Below, one piece after another: positions 50,789 to 59,120 of a stretch of 64,000 nt of DNA. Each line of letters starts with the position of its first letter. Positions within the stretch are counted from its first letter, which is position 1. A program made the position numbers and the translations under genes. Source of the stretch: Trueperaceae bacterium (lineage in GTDB: Bacteria; Deinococcota; Deinococci; Deinococcales; Trueperaceae); NCBI GenBank assembly GCA_965215565.1, contig CBDCDZ010000004.1, forward strand, positions 3,872,001 to 3,936,000, given 5' to 3'. Under the pieces are notes generated by a model, which saw only the letters and a list, made by a program, of their open reading frames with translations, did not search any database and had not been told where the DNA came from.

Positions 50789-53626
50789 ATGTGCGCTAAC
50801 TTCACCCGTTTTTCTATCTGTTTATTATGTTTACTCCTAAGCGTTCCCCTGCACGCCGCCGCGCAGGGCGAGTCGGCTCAGTCCGCACCCACCACACAGG
50901 AGGTCAGCGGCGACCTCGCTGATATTCGCTTCGAGGGCATCAGCAACGATACGACGAGAAGCCTCGTGCGCGTGCGCTTAGTGGCGCGTCCGGGCACGCC
51001 TGTCGAGCGTATCAATCTGGAGGCGGAGCGCAACCGTATTTTAGGGCTCGGCACCTTCTCGAGCGTGCGCCTCTCGCTAGAGCCCGGTGAAGAGGGTCCG
51101 GTGCTCGTCGTGCAGGCGGAGGAGAACCCGCCGATTGCGGCGGTGGATATTGAGGGCTCGAGCTTCCCCGTAGAGCGCCTCAAGGAGTTCTTAGCGCAGA
51201 GCCTCATCGAAGCAGACACGACGTACAACACCTTTAGAGCCAGAGAAGGCATCGAAATTTTGCAGCAGGTCTATCAGCAGAACGGCTATCCGGGCACCGT
51301 CCCCGTGACGCTGGACGTGGTGCCCGTCGAGCCGGGCGAGGAAGAAAGTGCCGACGCCGATGCGGACGAACCGGACCAAGACGCCGAAACGCCGAGCGCT
51401 ACCGACGAAGAGATTGCTCAAGCTGAGGCGGTGCGGCTCGTCTACACACTCAACGAGTCGCCGCCTTTAGACGAGGTCAACTTTTCGGGCGCGACGGTTT
51501 TTTCCGAGGAGCGGCTGCGCGAGCTGTTCGGACCGCTTGTTAATGGTGAGGACTTCGATCCACGCGCCTATAACGCTGGCGTACAAGCCGTCGCGGACGC
51601 CTACGAGGAGCAAGGCTTTCGGGGCAGCGGTGTAAACCCGAGGACGACGGTGCTGGAAAACGGTACCTTGAACGTCGAGATTCAAGAACTCAGCATCCTG
51701 AGTTTCGACACGACGGCAGTGGGCATCGACGCGGATGCGCTGAGCTTGGAGCGCGGCGACCTCTACAACTACGACGCGCTCTTAGACGATATTCAGCGGC
51801 TCGCGTCGGAGCGCTCGCAGGACATTCGCATCGAGACGACGGTCACGGAAAATGGCGGCGTGCGCGTCGCTTTAGAGTCGGGACCGCCCGACTCCGCCGG
51901 ACCGATCGACGCAGTCGAGATCGAGGGCAACACGGTCTTCTCGAATGAAGAACTGCGCGACGTGCTGCGGCTCGGCGTGAATGACACCTTCACCTCGGCG
52001 GCGGCAGAGGACGACTTTCGGCGGCTCGCGGAGTCCTATCAGAACGCGGGCTACTTGCTCGTCGTTCCCGCCCCTGCTACAGACTTCACCTATCCAGACG
52101 GCACGAACGTCTTTAACTACGTGGACGGCACCTACGTGCAACGCCTGCGCGAGGTCAAGATCGCGGGCTACGAGGTGGACTTGCAAGACGAGGACCCCCG
52201 CACAAATGACGACGTCATCACGCGCTACTTGCCCGACGTGGGCACGGTCTATAACCAGCGCGAGGTGGAGCGGGGCATCCTCGCTATCAACCGCCTGAAC
52301 ATCGTGCAGCTCACCCAGGTCGCGGGGCGCATCAGCCACGCGCTCGTTCCCACGGATCAGCCTGACGAGGTCATCGTGCGCTTTATCGCCTCTGAGCAGC
52401 CCGCCCGCACGATCCGCCCCTCCGCCGAACTCTCCACCGAAGGCGGGGTGAGCTTCGGCGCGGAGGTGGGCTATATCGACTCCAACCTCTTCGGCGAGGC
52501 GCATAGGCTCAGCGTGACGGCGGGCGCGCAGACCTCGGACGTTGGCTTTCAGCTAAGCGGCAACGTGTCGTACGACATCCCCTGGTTGTACGTGGACTTC
52601 TTAGACTTTCAAGAGGTGCCCACCGAACTCAACGTCGACCTCTTCAGCGAGGTGCAGAACAACCAGCCGCTGACAAATGACGGGGAGCGCCGCGTCTGCT
52701 TGGACTTAGGGCAGGCGTGCGCGGACGACCAAAAGGTCTTGATCGGCGAATATAGCCAGCGCGATACGGGTTTACGCTTCGGCGTCGCGCGCCCGGTGCT
52801 TCAAAATACCAGCGTGCGCCTGAGCGGACGCTTCACCTCCACGCGCTACACCACCGAGCCCTTTGATGAGCCGTGTGAAATCGGCGAAGACGGCAACCTG
52901 GCAGTGGAGAACCCTACCAACTGTCGGCTCGACCTAGACGAGGACGACCCCGCTACAGAGGCGAACCGGGCGTTCGTAGCGGACGCGAAGCCGCAGAACG
53001 GGTTCTCGAGCTTCGTCGGCGTGAGCGGCGCGTACGATACCCGTGACAACCCCGAGTTCCCCCGCAGCGGCTACCGCTTCACCGCGAGCACGGGCATCGG
53101 CTTCGGTAACGACTTTCAGCAAGAGGGCGAGCAGCGCGGCTACACCTACCAACCCGTCGAGTTCGGCGCGCGGACCTACTTAGCGCTCGCCAATCCCAGC
53201 CACGTCTTCGCGTTTCGCTTCAACGCAGGGCACCAGTTCAGCTACGGCGGCGACTACCCCACGAGCCGCTTTTTCATCGTCGGCGACACCAACAACGAAG
53301 CCACGCAGCTACGCGGCTACACCCGCGACGACATCAACCCGTCGCGCACCTACGCGGTAGGCACCGCTGAGTACCGCTACGACTTCGGGCTCTCCACGCC
53401 CGTGACGCAAACCATCGTGGGCATCGTCTTCACGGATGTGGGCTACGCCTCGGGTGTGGTGGGTGAAAACTTCGCCGAGCCGCTGCTCTTCAGCGCGGGG
53501 CTCGGGGTGCAGCTCAACATCGGCTTCGGCGGCGCGCTCGCCCTGCCCCCACTGCGCTTCGACTATGGCTTCAGCCCGGCGAACCCCACAGGAACGTTTG
53601 GATTTCGTTTGGGGTTCAACTTCTAA
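50789..53626 (+). CDS. Omp85/BamA family outer-membrane assembly protein
   Basis: Signal peptide, POTRA-like repeats (I.FEG, V.IEGNTVFS.EEL), NLFG..H, YDTRD...P.SG, LRGY, PLRFDYG, terminal Phe. Confidence 0.88.
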   Translation: MCANFTRFSICLLCLLLSVPLHAAAQGESAQSAPTTQEVSGDLADIRFEGISNDTTRSLVRVRLVARPGTPVERINLEAERNRILGLGTFSSVRLSLEPGEEGPVLVVQAEENPPIAAVDIEGSSFPVERLKEFLAQSLIEADTTYNTFRAREGIEILQQVYQQNGYPGTVPVTLDVVPVEPGEEESADADADEPDQDAETPSATDEEIAQAEAVRLVYTLNESPPLDEVNFSGATVFSEERLRELFGPLVNGEDFDPRAYNAGVQAVADAYEEQGFRGSGVNPRTTVLENGTLNVEIQELSILSFDTTAVGIDADALSLERGDLYNYDALLDDIQRLASERSQDIRIETTVTENGGVRVALESGPPDSAGPIDAVEIEGNTVFSNEELRDVLRLGVNDTFTSAAAEDDFRRLAESYQNAGYLLVVPAPATDFTYPDGTNVFNYVDGTYVQRLREVKIAGYEVDLQDEDPRTNDDVITRYLPDVGTVYNQREVERGILAINRLNIVQLTQVAGRISHALVPTDQPDEVIVRFIASEQPARTIRPSAELSTEGGVSFGAEVGYIDSNLFGEAHRLSVTAGAQTSDVGFQLSGNVSYDIPWLYVDFLDFQEVPTELNVDLFSEVQNNQPLTNDGERRVCLDLGQACADDQKVLIGEYSQRDTGLRFGVARPVLQNTSVRLSGRFTSTRYTTEPFDEPCEIGEDGNLAVENPTNCRLDLDEDDPATEANRAFVADAKPQNGFSSFVGVSGAYDTRDNPEFPRSGYRFTASTGIGFGNDFQQEGEQRGYTYQPVEFGARTYLALANPSHVFAFRFNAGHQFSYGGDYPTSRFFIVGDTNNEATQLRGYTRDDINPSRTYAVGTAEYRYDFGLSTPVTQTIVGIVFTDVGYASGVVGENFAEPLLFSAGLGVQLNIGFGGALALPPLRFDYGFSPANPTGTFGFRLGFNF

Positions 53627-53690
53627 GTTCGTTCAAGGCGTACCTCCAGAGTTTTTATGAGCTTTGGAGGTCCTACTAAGAGGAGTTCGC

Positions 53691-54137
53691 GTGGCGCACA
53701 AGTCCTTAGTTTTTGGGTATATCGAAGGTTCCTGGTTTACCCCAGAATCTTGCCGCGCCTTTCACCGTCATAATACTTGGGTTATTCGCGGGTTGCCTAA
53801 AGAGGATGTCTACCCCTTTCTTACGGAAGGAATGTTCTGTGTACCAGACTTACAGGATAGAACAGTCGTATTCCGAACGCCAGTCATTCATTTCGGCTTC
53901 TCAGTTAAAAACTTTGAATTTGGCGATATACCTGAGTGGCTGGACAAGTTTGAAGGGCTCCTCGCTCGCCTCTTCTGGTTTGAAGCCGAAGTGCATATCA
54001 ATACGGACATCAGAGGAACGTTCAGTTTTGCCTATAGAGTTGATGACAGTATTCTTGACATGTACCACGTGGGTAATCCACAGCCCACAACAAAATGGGA
54101 AAGGGTGCAGTTCGGTAAGAACGACGCTGCCCCCTAA
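53691..54137 (+). CDS. Hypothetical protein with visibly lower GC content
   Basis: AGGAG SD before GTG 53691; AT-rich codons unlike neighbouring genes. Confidence 0.65.
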   Translation: MAHKSLVFGYIEGSWFTPESCRAFHRHNTWVIRGLPKEDVYPFLTEGMFCVPDLQDRTVVFRTPVIHFGFSVKNFEFGDIPEWLDKFEGLLARLFWFEAEVHINTDIRGTFSFAYRVDDSILDMYHVGNPQPTTKWERVQFGKNDAAP

Positions 54138-54187
54138 CCTAACTTGGCTAAATCGACTTTATCTACGAATATGCTTTTGAAACGCCT

Positions 54188-54811
54188 CTATTCGCCCGCC
54201 ACCGTGCGCAGCAAGCCGATATCCACGAGCGCAATCTTGCCGTAGCCCGCGTTGATGGCACCTTGCCTCGAGAGTTCCCCCACTACTTTCGTGACCGTCT
54301 CGCGCACGGAGCCTACCGCCGCCGCTAAGTCGTCGTGGGTGATGTGCACGACGGGCTCGTCTTGTCCGCCCCGGCTTGCCAAGGCGCTGTCTTGCAAATC
54401 GAGTAGCTCGGCGGCGATGCGCGCCTTGAGGCGCTTGCCCGAGAGCCGGTAGAGCGAGCGGTAGAGCCGCTCCATCGCTTCAACCAAGTGGGTGGTGAGG
54501 TTGAGGTTTTCTTCAGGGTTGAGGGTCATGGGGCTCATCACTTCGACGTTGGTGGGCGTGACTGCCTCGGCGAAGTAGCGCCTCGGCAGACCGCAAACCG
54601 CCTCCTCGCCGAAATAGCCGCCCGGCTTGACGTAACGTAGCGTGAGCCCGTTGCCCTCGTCGTCCACGGTGTGAATGCGGACCAAACCTTCGTGGACGCG
54701 GTAAACGCTGCTGGGTTCGCCAGGGAAGAGGATGACCTCACTGGGACCGTAGCTCAGCGTGTCAGTATAATTGCTCGTTTGTTCTTTCGATGTCGACGCT
54801 GCGGCGCTCAT
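54188..54811 (-). CDS. ddrI: CRP/FNR family regulator of the Deinococcus DdrI / Thermus SdrP type
   Basis: GLVRIHTVDDEGNGLTLRYVKPG.YFGEEA, THDDLAAAVGSVRETVTKVVGELSR, AGYGKI. Confidence 0.88.
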   Translation of the reverse strand: MSAAASTSKEQTSNYTDTLSYGPSEVILFPGEPSSVYRVHEGLVRIHTVDDEGNGLTLRYVKPGGYFGEEAVCGLPRRYFAEAVTPTNVEVMSPMTLNPEENLNLTTHLVEAMERLYRSLYRLSGKRLKARIAAELLDLQDSALASRGGQDEPVVHITHDDLAAAVGSVRETVTKVVGELSRQGAINAGYGKIALVDIGLLRTVAGE

Positions 54812-55099
54812 ACACCCCTCCCCTCGAGTCCTTCACTTCGTGTAAAAAATGTTACTTTCACCTTCTAAACTATACGTTTTGCCTCCCCGCCGAATGAAAG
54901 TTCACGTTACTAAAATCACGTGCTCACGTGTAAAGTTTCTCATAACTTACAGCAAGCGTCACTTGGTCAGAAACGCGCACGTCCTACAAAGTGCCGTCTA
55001 GCACGACCATTCGAAGATGATGCTTGCGTCACCCTGCCCCGGCACGCCGCAACTGCTATGACCTTCAGAGAAACTTAACCTCTTCTTTAATCTAGGGGG

Positions 55100-55210
55100 T
55101 AGTGCCTGTATCTGGAATGACAGTGGTTCAAAACAAGGGGTTTCAACCCCTTGTTTATGACACGGAGGCGGTAGAAGAAGCACACGGCGGCATTCGACTT
55201 AGAACCACTA
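55100..55210. repeat. Dispersed repeat family B, copy 3
   Basis: Colinear with 35340-35451: AACAAGGGGTTTCAACCCCTTGTT...CGGTAGAAGAAGC...GCATTCGACT.AGAACCA.TA. Confidence 0.8.
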
Positions 55211-55301
55211 CTATCTAGGGTGCGGCTCTGGGACGAGGTCCTAAAGCAGAAGTGAGAAAGTTGTGTTGCCGGGTGTTCCGGGCGTCTTAGACTCTATCCA
55301 T

Positions 55302-55743
55302 ATGAACTACGCCTACTTACTGCTCACTGTTCTACCTCTAACGCTAAGCGCCTGCACCGTGTCGTACGAACCTGGCTCGGCGACGCTCACGGCTCAACCG
55401 GCTAATATACGCCCAGCCCGCCAGTCAACCCGCTAGGACGCAAGAGGTCCGCGCAGATGGGCTCGAGCTGCGCACCTACCCCGGCGCGAACACCTTTGAG
55501 CGTGAGGAGAGCCGCGACAAGCTCAGGTGGGAGTTCGGCACCTCGGACGACTTGGCGCGCGTCTACGCTCACTTTCATAGGCAACTGGCGCGGCAGGGCT
55601 GGCGGCGCACCGAGCTAGAGCAAAAAGGTGCTGCCACCAAGCTCGAGGCTAGCTACGGGAAGAACGGGCGGGAACTAGAACTCAAGCTGGACCAGAAGGG
55701 GAAGAGCGGGCGCTACAAGCTCGAGGTAGAAACCGACGATTGA
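55302..55743 (+). pseudogene. Small lipoprotein gene interrupted by a +1 frameshift near 55404
   Basis: ATG 55302 frame gives a signal peptide with lipobox LSAC and stops at TAG 55434; the +1 frame is open from there to TGA 55743. Confidence 0.65.
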
Positions 55744-55795
55744 GCCGAAATACGAGGTAGCAGCAAGCCACGTTCAAGGCTCGAGTTGTCAAACC

Positions 55796-55833
55796 AAAAA
55801 AGAGAGGGCGCTCTGTTCGGGAGCGCCCTCTTT
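55796..55833. terminator. Bidirectional terminator between convergent genes
   Basis: A-run, AGAGGGCGCTC/GAGCGCCCTCT stem, T-run. Confidence 0.8.
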
Positions 55834-55864
55834 CAATCTCTTTGAATAGAACGACGTTCGGAGC

Positions 55865-56713
55865 CTACTCCTCTTCTTGCATCTGCTGCGCGACGAGCGC
55901 GTCCACCGAGGTGACGACAGATATCGGCGTCTCGCTGTCTTCTGTAGGCGCACTCGCAAAGAAGCTGTAAATCACACCCGAGGCGATCTGCACGCCGCTC
56001 AAGTTGACCACCACGTCGCCGCCGTCCGCGCTCTGGACTTGCACCTGGTAAGAGCCTGCGGGCACTTCGGCGTATTCGCCCGCGGAGCCGGAGGAGAGAC
56101 CCGAGGTGAGGTTCGTGCCGCCCTGCATAGCTTGGCTGCCGCCTGTTTCGCCGCTACCCGTACCGCCGCCCGTGCTGCCGCCCGTCGCGCCGCCTTGCGC
56201 CTGTTGCTGCGCTACAACATTGACCGAAGGGGCGCTAGGCGCGGCGTGGACGATGCGGACCAAGGCGCTGCCTGCGGGGGGAAAGCTCGAGAGGTTGTCG
56301 CTCAGCACCTGAAGTTGCACGTTCACCGTCTGCTCACCCGAGTCACCGCCGCCCGTTTGCGAGCCGCCTTGCGCGCCCGTCGCGAGCACGGTGTAGTACT
56401 GACCCGCCTCTAAGGTGACGCTGCTAGACGTCAGAGGTTGCGTCTCGACGTCGCCACCCGTTTCACCTTCGGAGGGACCCTGACCCTCTTCGTACACGTC
56501 CACCTGGTGCTCGCCGGAGGGGAGGGAGGCGTAGCTCGAGACCGTGCCCGCTTCAACCCCTTGCAAGGCGCGCGCGCCGTCCACGTAAATATCGACGTTC
56601 GGTCCACCCTGCGCTAAATGTGCGACGCGCACGGCGGCGGACTCTTGTTGAGCATGGGCTACCGTGAAGGTAAGACCGATGAGTAGAGCGAGCGGTAAAA
56701 AACGTATGATCAT
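55865..56713 (-). CDS. Exported DUF4397 domain protein
   Basis: Signal peptide; VRVAHL....PNVDIYVDG and VRIVHAAPSAP.V repeats; Gly-rich linkers. Confidence 0.85.
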   Translation of the reverse strand: MIIRFLPLALLIGLTFTVAHAQQESAAVRVAHLAQGGPNVDIYVDGARALQGVEAGTVSSYASLPSGEHQVDVYEEGQGPSEGETGGDVETQPLTSSSVTLEAGQYYTVLATGAQGGSQTGGGDSGEQTVNVQLQVLSDNLSSFPPAGSALVRIVHAAPSAPSVNVVAQQQAQGGATGGSTGGGTGSGETGGSQAMQGGTNLTSGLSSGSAGEYAEVPAGSYQVQVQSADGGDVVVNLSGVQIASGVIYSFFASAPTEDSETPISVVTSVDALVAQQMQEEE

Positions 56714-56801
56714 GGTTAAATCTCCTTTATCCGAATCTTTTGTCCGAATCTTTGAGTTCTCCCTAGATACTTCGGGCGCAGCGTTCCTGCATTGACTTTA
56801 G

Positions 56802-56852
56802 CGTGTTGATCCCGACGTGCTGATCCCAACGTGCTGACCCTAACGTGCTGAT
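56802..56852. repeat. 14-bp tandem repeat, about 3.6 copies
   Basis: CGTGTTGATCCCGA CGTGCTGATCCCAA CGTGCTGACCCTAA CGTGCTGAT. Confidence 0.8.
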
Positions 56853-57127
56853 AAGGCGATATCCAGCAGGCACCTCCCCGCAGTGGTAGAGCAGAAGTTA
56901 GGAATAGATATGACGTAGCCATCCCACCCCCTTGAACCGCTCTCTTTTATGATACGTATTTAGGCTATGGCATTGAGCGCTCGGAGTTTGGGCGTAACCT
57001 TACAAACGTGAAACATCCCTCTTTTGCAAGAGGGCTTAATGAAGACCGAATTGTATACGAGCGCGAGCGTCAGCAGGAAAGTGAGCGTGACAAACTAAGA
57101 CAGGTTAGCACCTGCTACAAACAATAG

Positions 57128-57154
57128 AAAACCCTCTCCGGTAGCGGAGAGGGT
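57128..57154 (-). terminator. Terminator of the chemosensory operon
   Basis: ACCCTCTCCG/CGGAGAGGGT stem followed by a T-run on the minus strand. Confidence 0.75.
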
Positions 57155-57172
57155 AAGGGGGGTGACTGGCTT

Positions 57173-57988
57173 CTAAGCAGCTTGTAGCTCGAGCGCCCCT
57201 GCAATCTCAGGGAGCTGCTTGCGCAAGAGGTAGCGCACGACGTTGAGCGCGCCTGCGTCTTTGAGGCGCAAGACGAGCGAGGTGTCCTTGTCCACGCGGC
57301 TTAGGTAGAGGGCCTGCTTGTCGTACTCTAAGAAAAACCCCTCCAAAGACGACGCGCCGATGTGCGCGCCGAGGGCGTTCGCGCCGGAGAGCATAAAGGC
57401 GCAGTAGCTTCCTAAAATGTCGGGGGAGACGCTGCTGTCGCCGAGCTGCACCAGGCTCTCGCCCTGGCGGGTGACGAGCGTCGCCGCCAAGATTTCCTGC
57501 TTGTCCATGAAGGGCTGTAGGTGCGTTTCCAAACCGCCTTGGGGCTGGATTTGCGGTTGTGTTTGGGGCTGGGCTTGCGGGGCAGGTGCGCCCATTTGCG
57601 CAGGGGCAGGTGCGCTGGCTTGAGCCGCGCCTAGCGCCGCTTCGATCTTAGGGAAGATGTCATCGGGCGTAAAGGGCTTCTTGACGACGTCTACTGCGCC
57701 CGCTTCTTGCGCCTTGCGCTCGACTTCGCCGTCTACGACGCCCGAGATGAGCATGACGGGAACGTGGGCGTGCGCACTGCCCGTCTTGATGCTCTCGCAG
57801 AGTTCGAAGCCGCTCTGACCGGGCATGATGACGTCGGCGATGATGAGGTCAGGGGAGAGGTTTTGGAGGGTCTCGAGGGCGTCTTCGGCGCTTTTGGCGG
57901 CGACGACGTCCATCTCGCGCGTTTTGAGGATGCGTTCTAGCGCCTTGCGTACGCTTACACTGTCGTCGACGATTAAAATTTGGGGCAT
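57173..57988 (-). CDS. Response regulator receiver fused to a roadblock/LC7-like domain
   Basis: ILIVDDS, DLIIADVIMPG.SG, KPF; Pro/Gln linker; C-terminal AATLVTRQG.. segment resembling a roadblock fold. Confidence 0.8.
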   Translation of the reverse strand: MPQILIVDDSVSVRKALERILKTREMDVVAAKSAEDALETLQNLSPDLIIADVIMPGQSGFELCESIKTGSAHAHVPVMLISGVVDGEVERKAQEAGAVDVVKKPFTPDDIFPKIEAALGAAQASAPAPAQMGAPAPQAQPQTQPQIQPQGGLETHLQPFMDKQEILAATLVTRQGESLVQLGDSSVSPDILGSYCAFMLSGANALGAHIGASSLEGFFLEYDKQALYLSRVDKDTSLVLRLKDAGALNVVRYLLRKQLPEIAGALELQAA

Positions 57989-58005
57989 GATGACCTTTCT
58001 TTACC

Positions 58006-58788
58006 TTATCTCTTAATGGGATGGAGCGCGGCTTCGCGCTCGTGATCGAGTTCGACTGCGACTTTGAGCAGCAGTTCTTGGACGGTTGAACGGATCGTGG
58101 TGCTGCCCTTGGGCAGCGGCGTGTCGCTCGGCTCGAAGTAAAACTCGGCGTCTTTGTACCTGTCGGCTTCAGCGAAGATACGCACCACCGCGTCCTCGCC
58201 GACGACGCCCTCGAACTCGGCGTGGACGAAACGTCCCTTTTCAAAAAACATCATCGACTCAATGTCACCTAAGAGCACGTAGAGCCTGCCCGAGTTTTCC
58301 TTTTGCGTAAGCGAAACGACGAGATCGAAGAGCGTGAAGACCTCCAGGGTGCCGCTCACCTTTGCGTCGTTGCGCTGCAAGTTCGAGCGTAGCCGGTTGC
58401 GCGGCACCTGCCGGTCCTCTTGGATGTGACCGTTGGCGATCAGCAGTTCGAAGGCGGCTTTGAGGATGTCGGCAGGGTGGGCGCGCTCCTCTAAAAATTT
58501 GTCCGAGTTTGAAGAGGCGAGCTGCTGCGCGTCGGGGTCTAAAAGGATAAACGCAACGTTTTTCGCCGAGGAGTCGTCGCGGACGATTTCGTGGAAGTCG
58601 AGGCCGCTCATATCGCCTAAGTTCTTGCCGCTGATGATGAGGTCGGGCGTGTCGCGCTCCAACATCGTGAGCGCGTAGAGTGCCCCCTCCGCGTTCTGTA
58701 TCTCTAGCTCAGCGCCGAAACGCTTCTCGAAGCGTTCGTGCAGCGATTTGGCGAACGCCGCGTCGGTCATCGCGGTGAGCACCTTCAT
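58006..58788 (-). CDS. Pseudo-receiver plus DUF4388 (PatA-N-like) protein
   Basis: PDLIISGKNLGDMSG lacks the phospho-Asp; SGTLEVFTLFDLV..L......SGRL...FFEKGRFVHAEF. Confidence 0.8.
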   Translation of the reverse strand: MKVLTAMTDAAFAKSLHERFEKRFGAELEIQNAEGALYALTMLERDTPDLIISGKNLGDMSGLDFHEIVRDDSSAKNVAFILLDPDAQQLASSNSDKFLEERAHPADILKAAFELLIANGHIQEDRQVPRNRLRSNLQRNDAKVSGTLEVFTLFDLVVSLTQKENSGRLYVLLGDIESMMFFEKGRFVHAEFEGVVGEDAVVRIFAEADRYKDAEFYFEPSDTPLPKGSTTIRSTVQELLLKVAVELDHEREAALHPIKR

Positions 58789-59071
58789 AGGGCCTCCCCT
58801 ACGCGCGCCACTGCGGAGACCGCGCGGACCAAAAGTTGTGCCTTGCTGGGCTTCATCACTTTATCTATCTTCCTACACGGGGTGCGCCTTAGCTGCGAAA
58901 AAGCTATCATTGCGGCGCGCGCAGCGCCGCTGGTAGCGCCGCTCACGGCGAGGTGTGGGGCTTCGCACTGAGGCGTGTGGGTGATAAGCATAGTTAAGGG
59001 GCGCTTCAAAAGCTCTACGTTGGCTCCAGCTCGAGCGAGCTTGGGTGATTGGACCCGCATGAAAGCCAGAA

Positions 59072-59096
59072 GAAGGGCTGGCAACGCCAGCCCTTC
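59072..59096 (-). terminator. Hairpin downstream of the cheA-like gene
   Basis: GAAGGGCTGGC/GCCAGCCCTTC 11-bp stem with a weak U-tract. Confidence 0.5.
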
Positions 59097-59120
59097 GGCA
59101 TCATCCGTAGGTCTCGTACC

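Noticed and set aside
58785..59084. 99-aa ORF or riboswitch in the gap between the kinase and the DUF4388 gene
   Set aside because: The ORF starts within a hairpin and has no recognisable motif; no c-di-GMP or other riboswitch consensus identified
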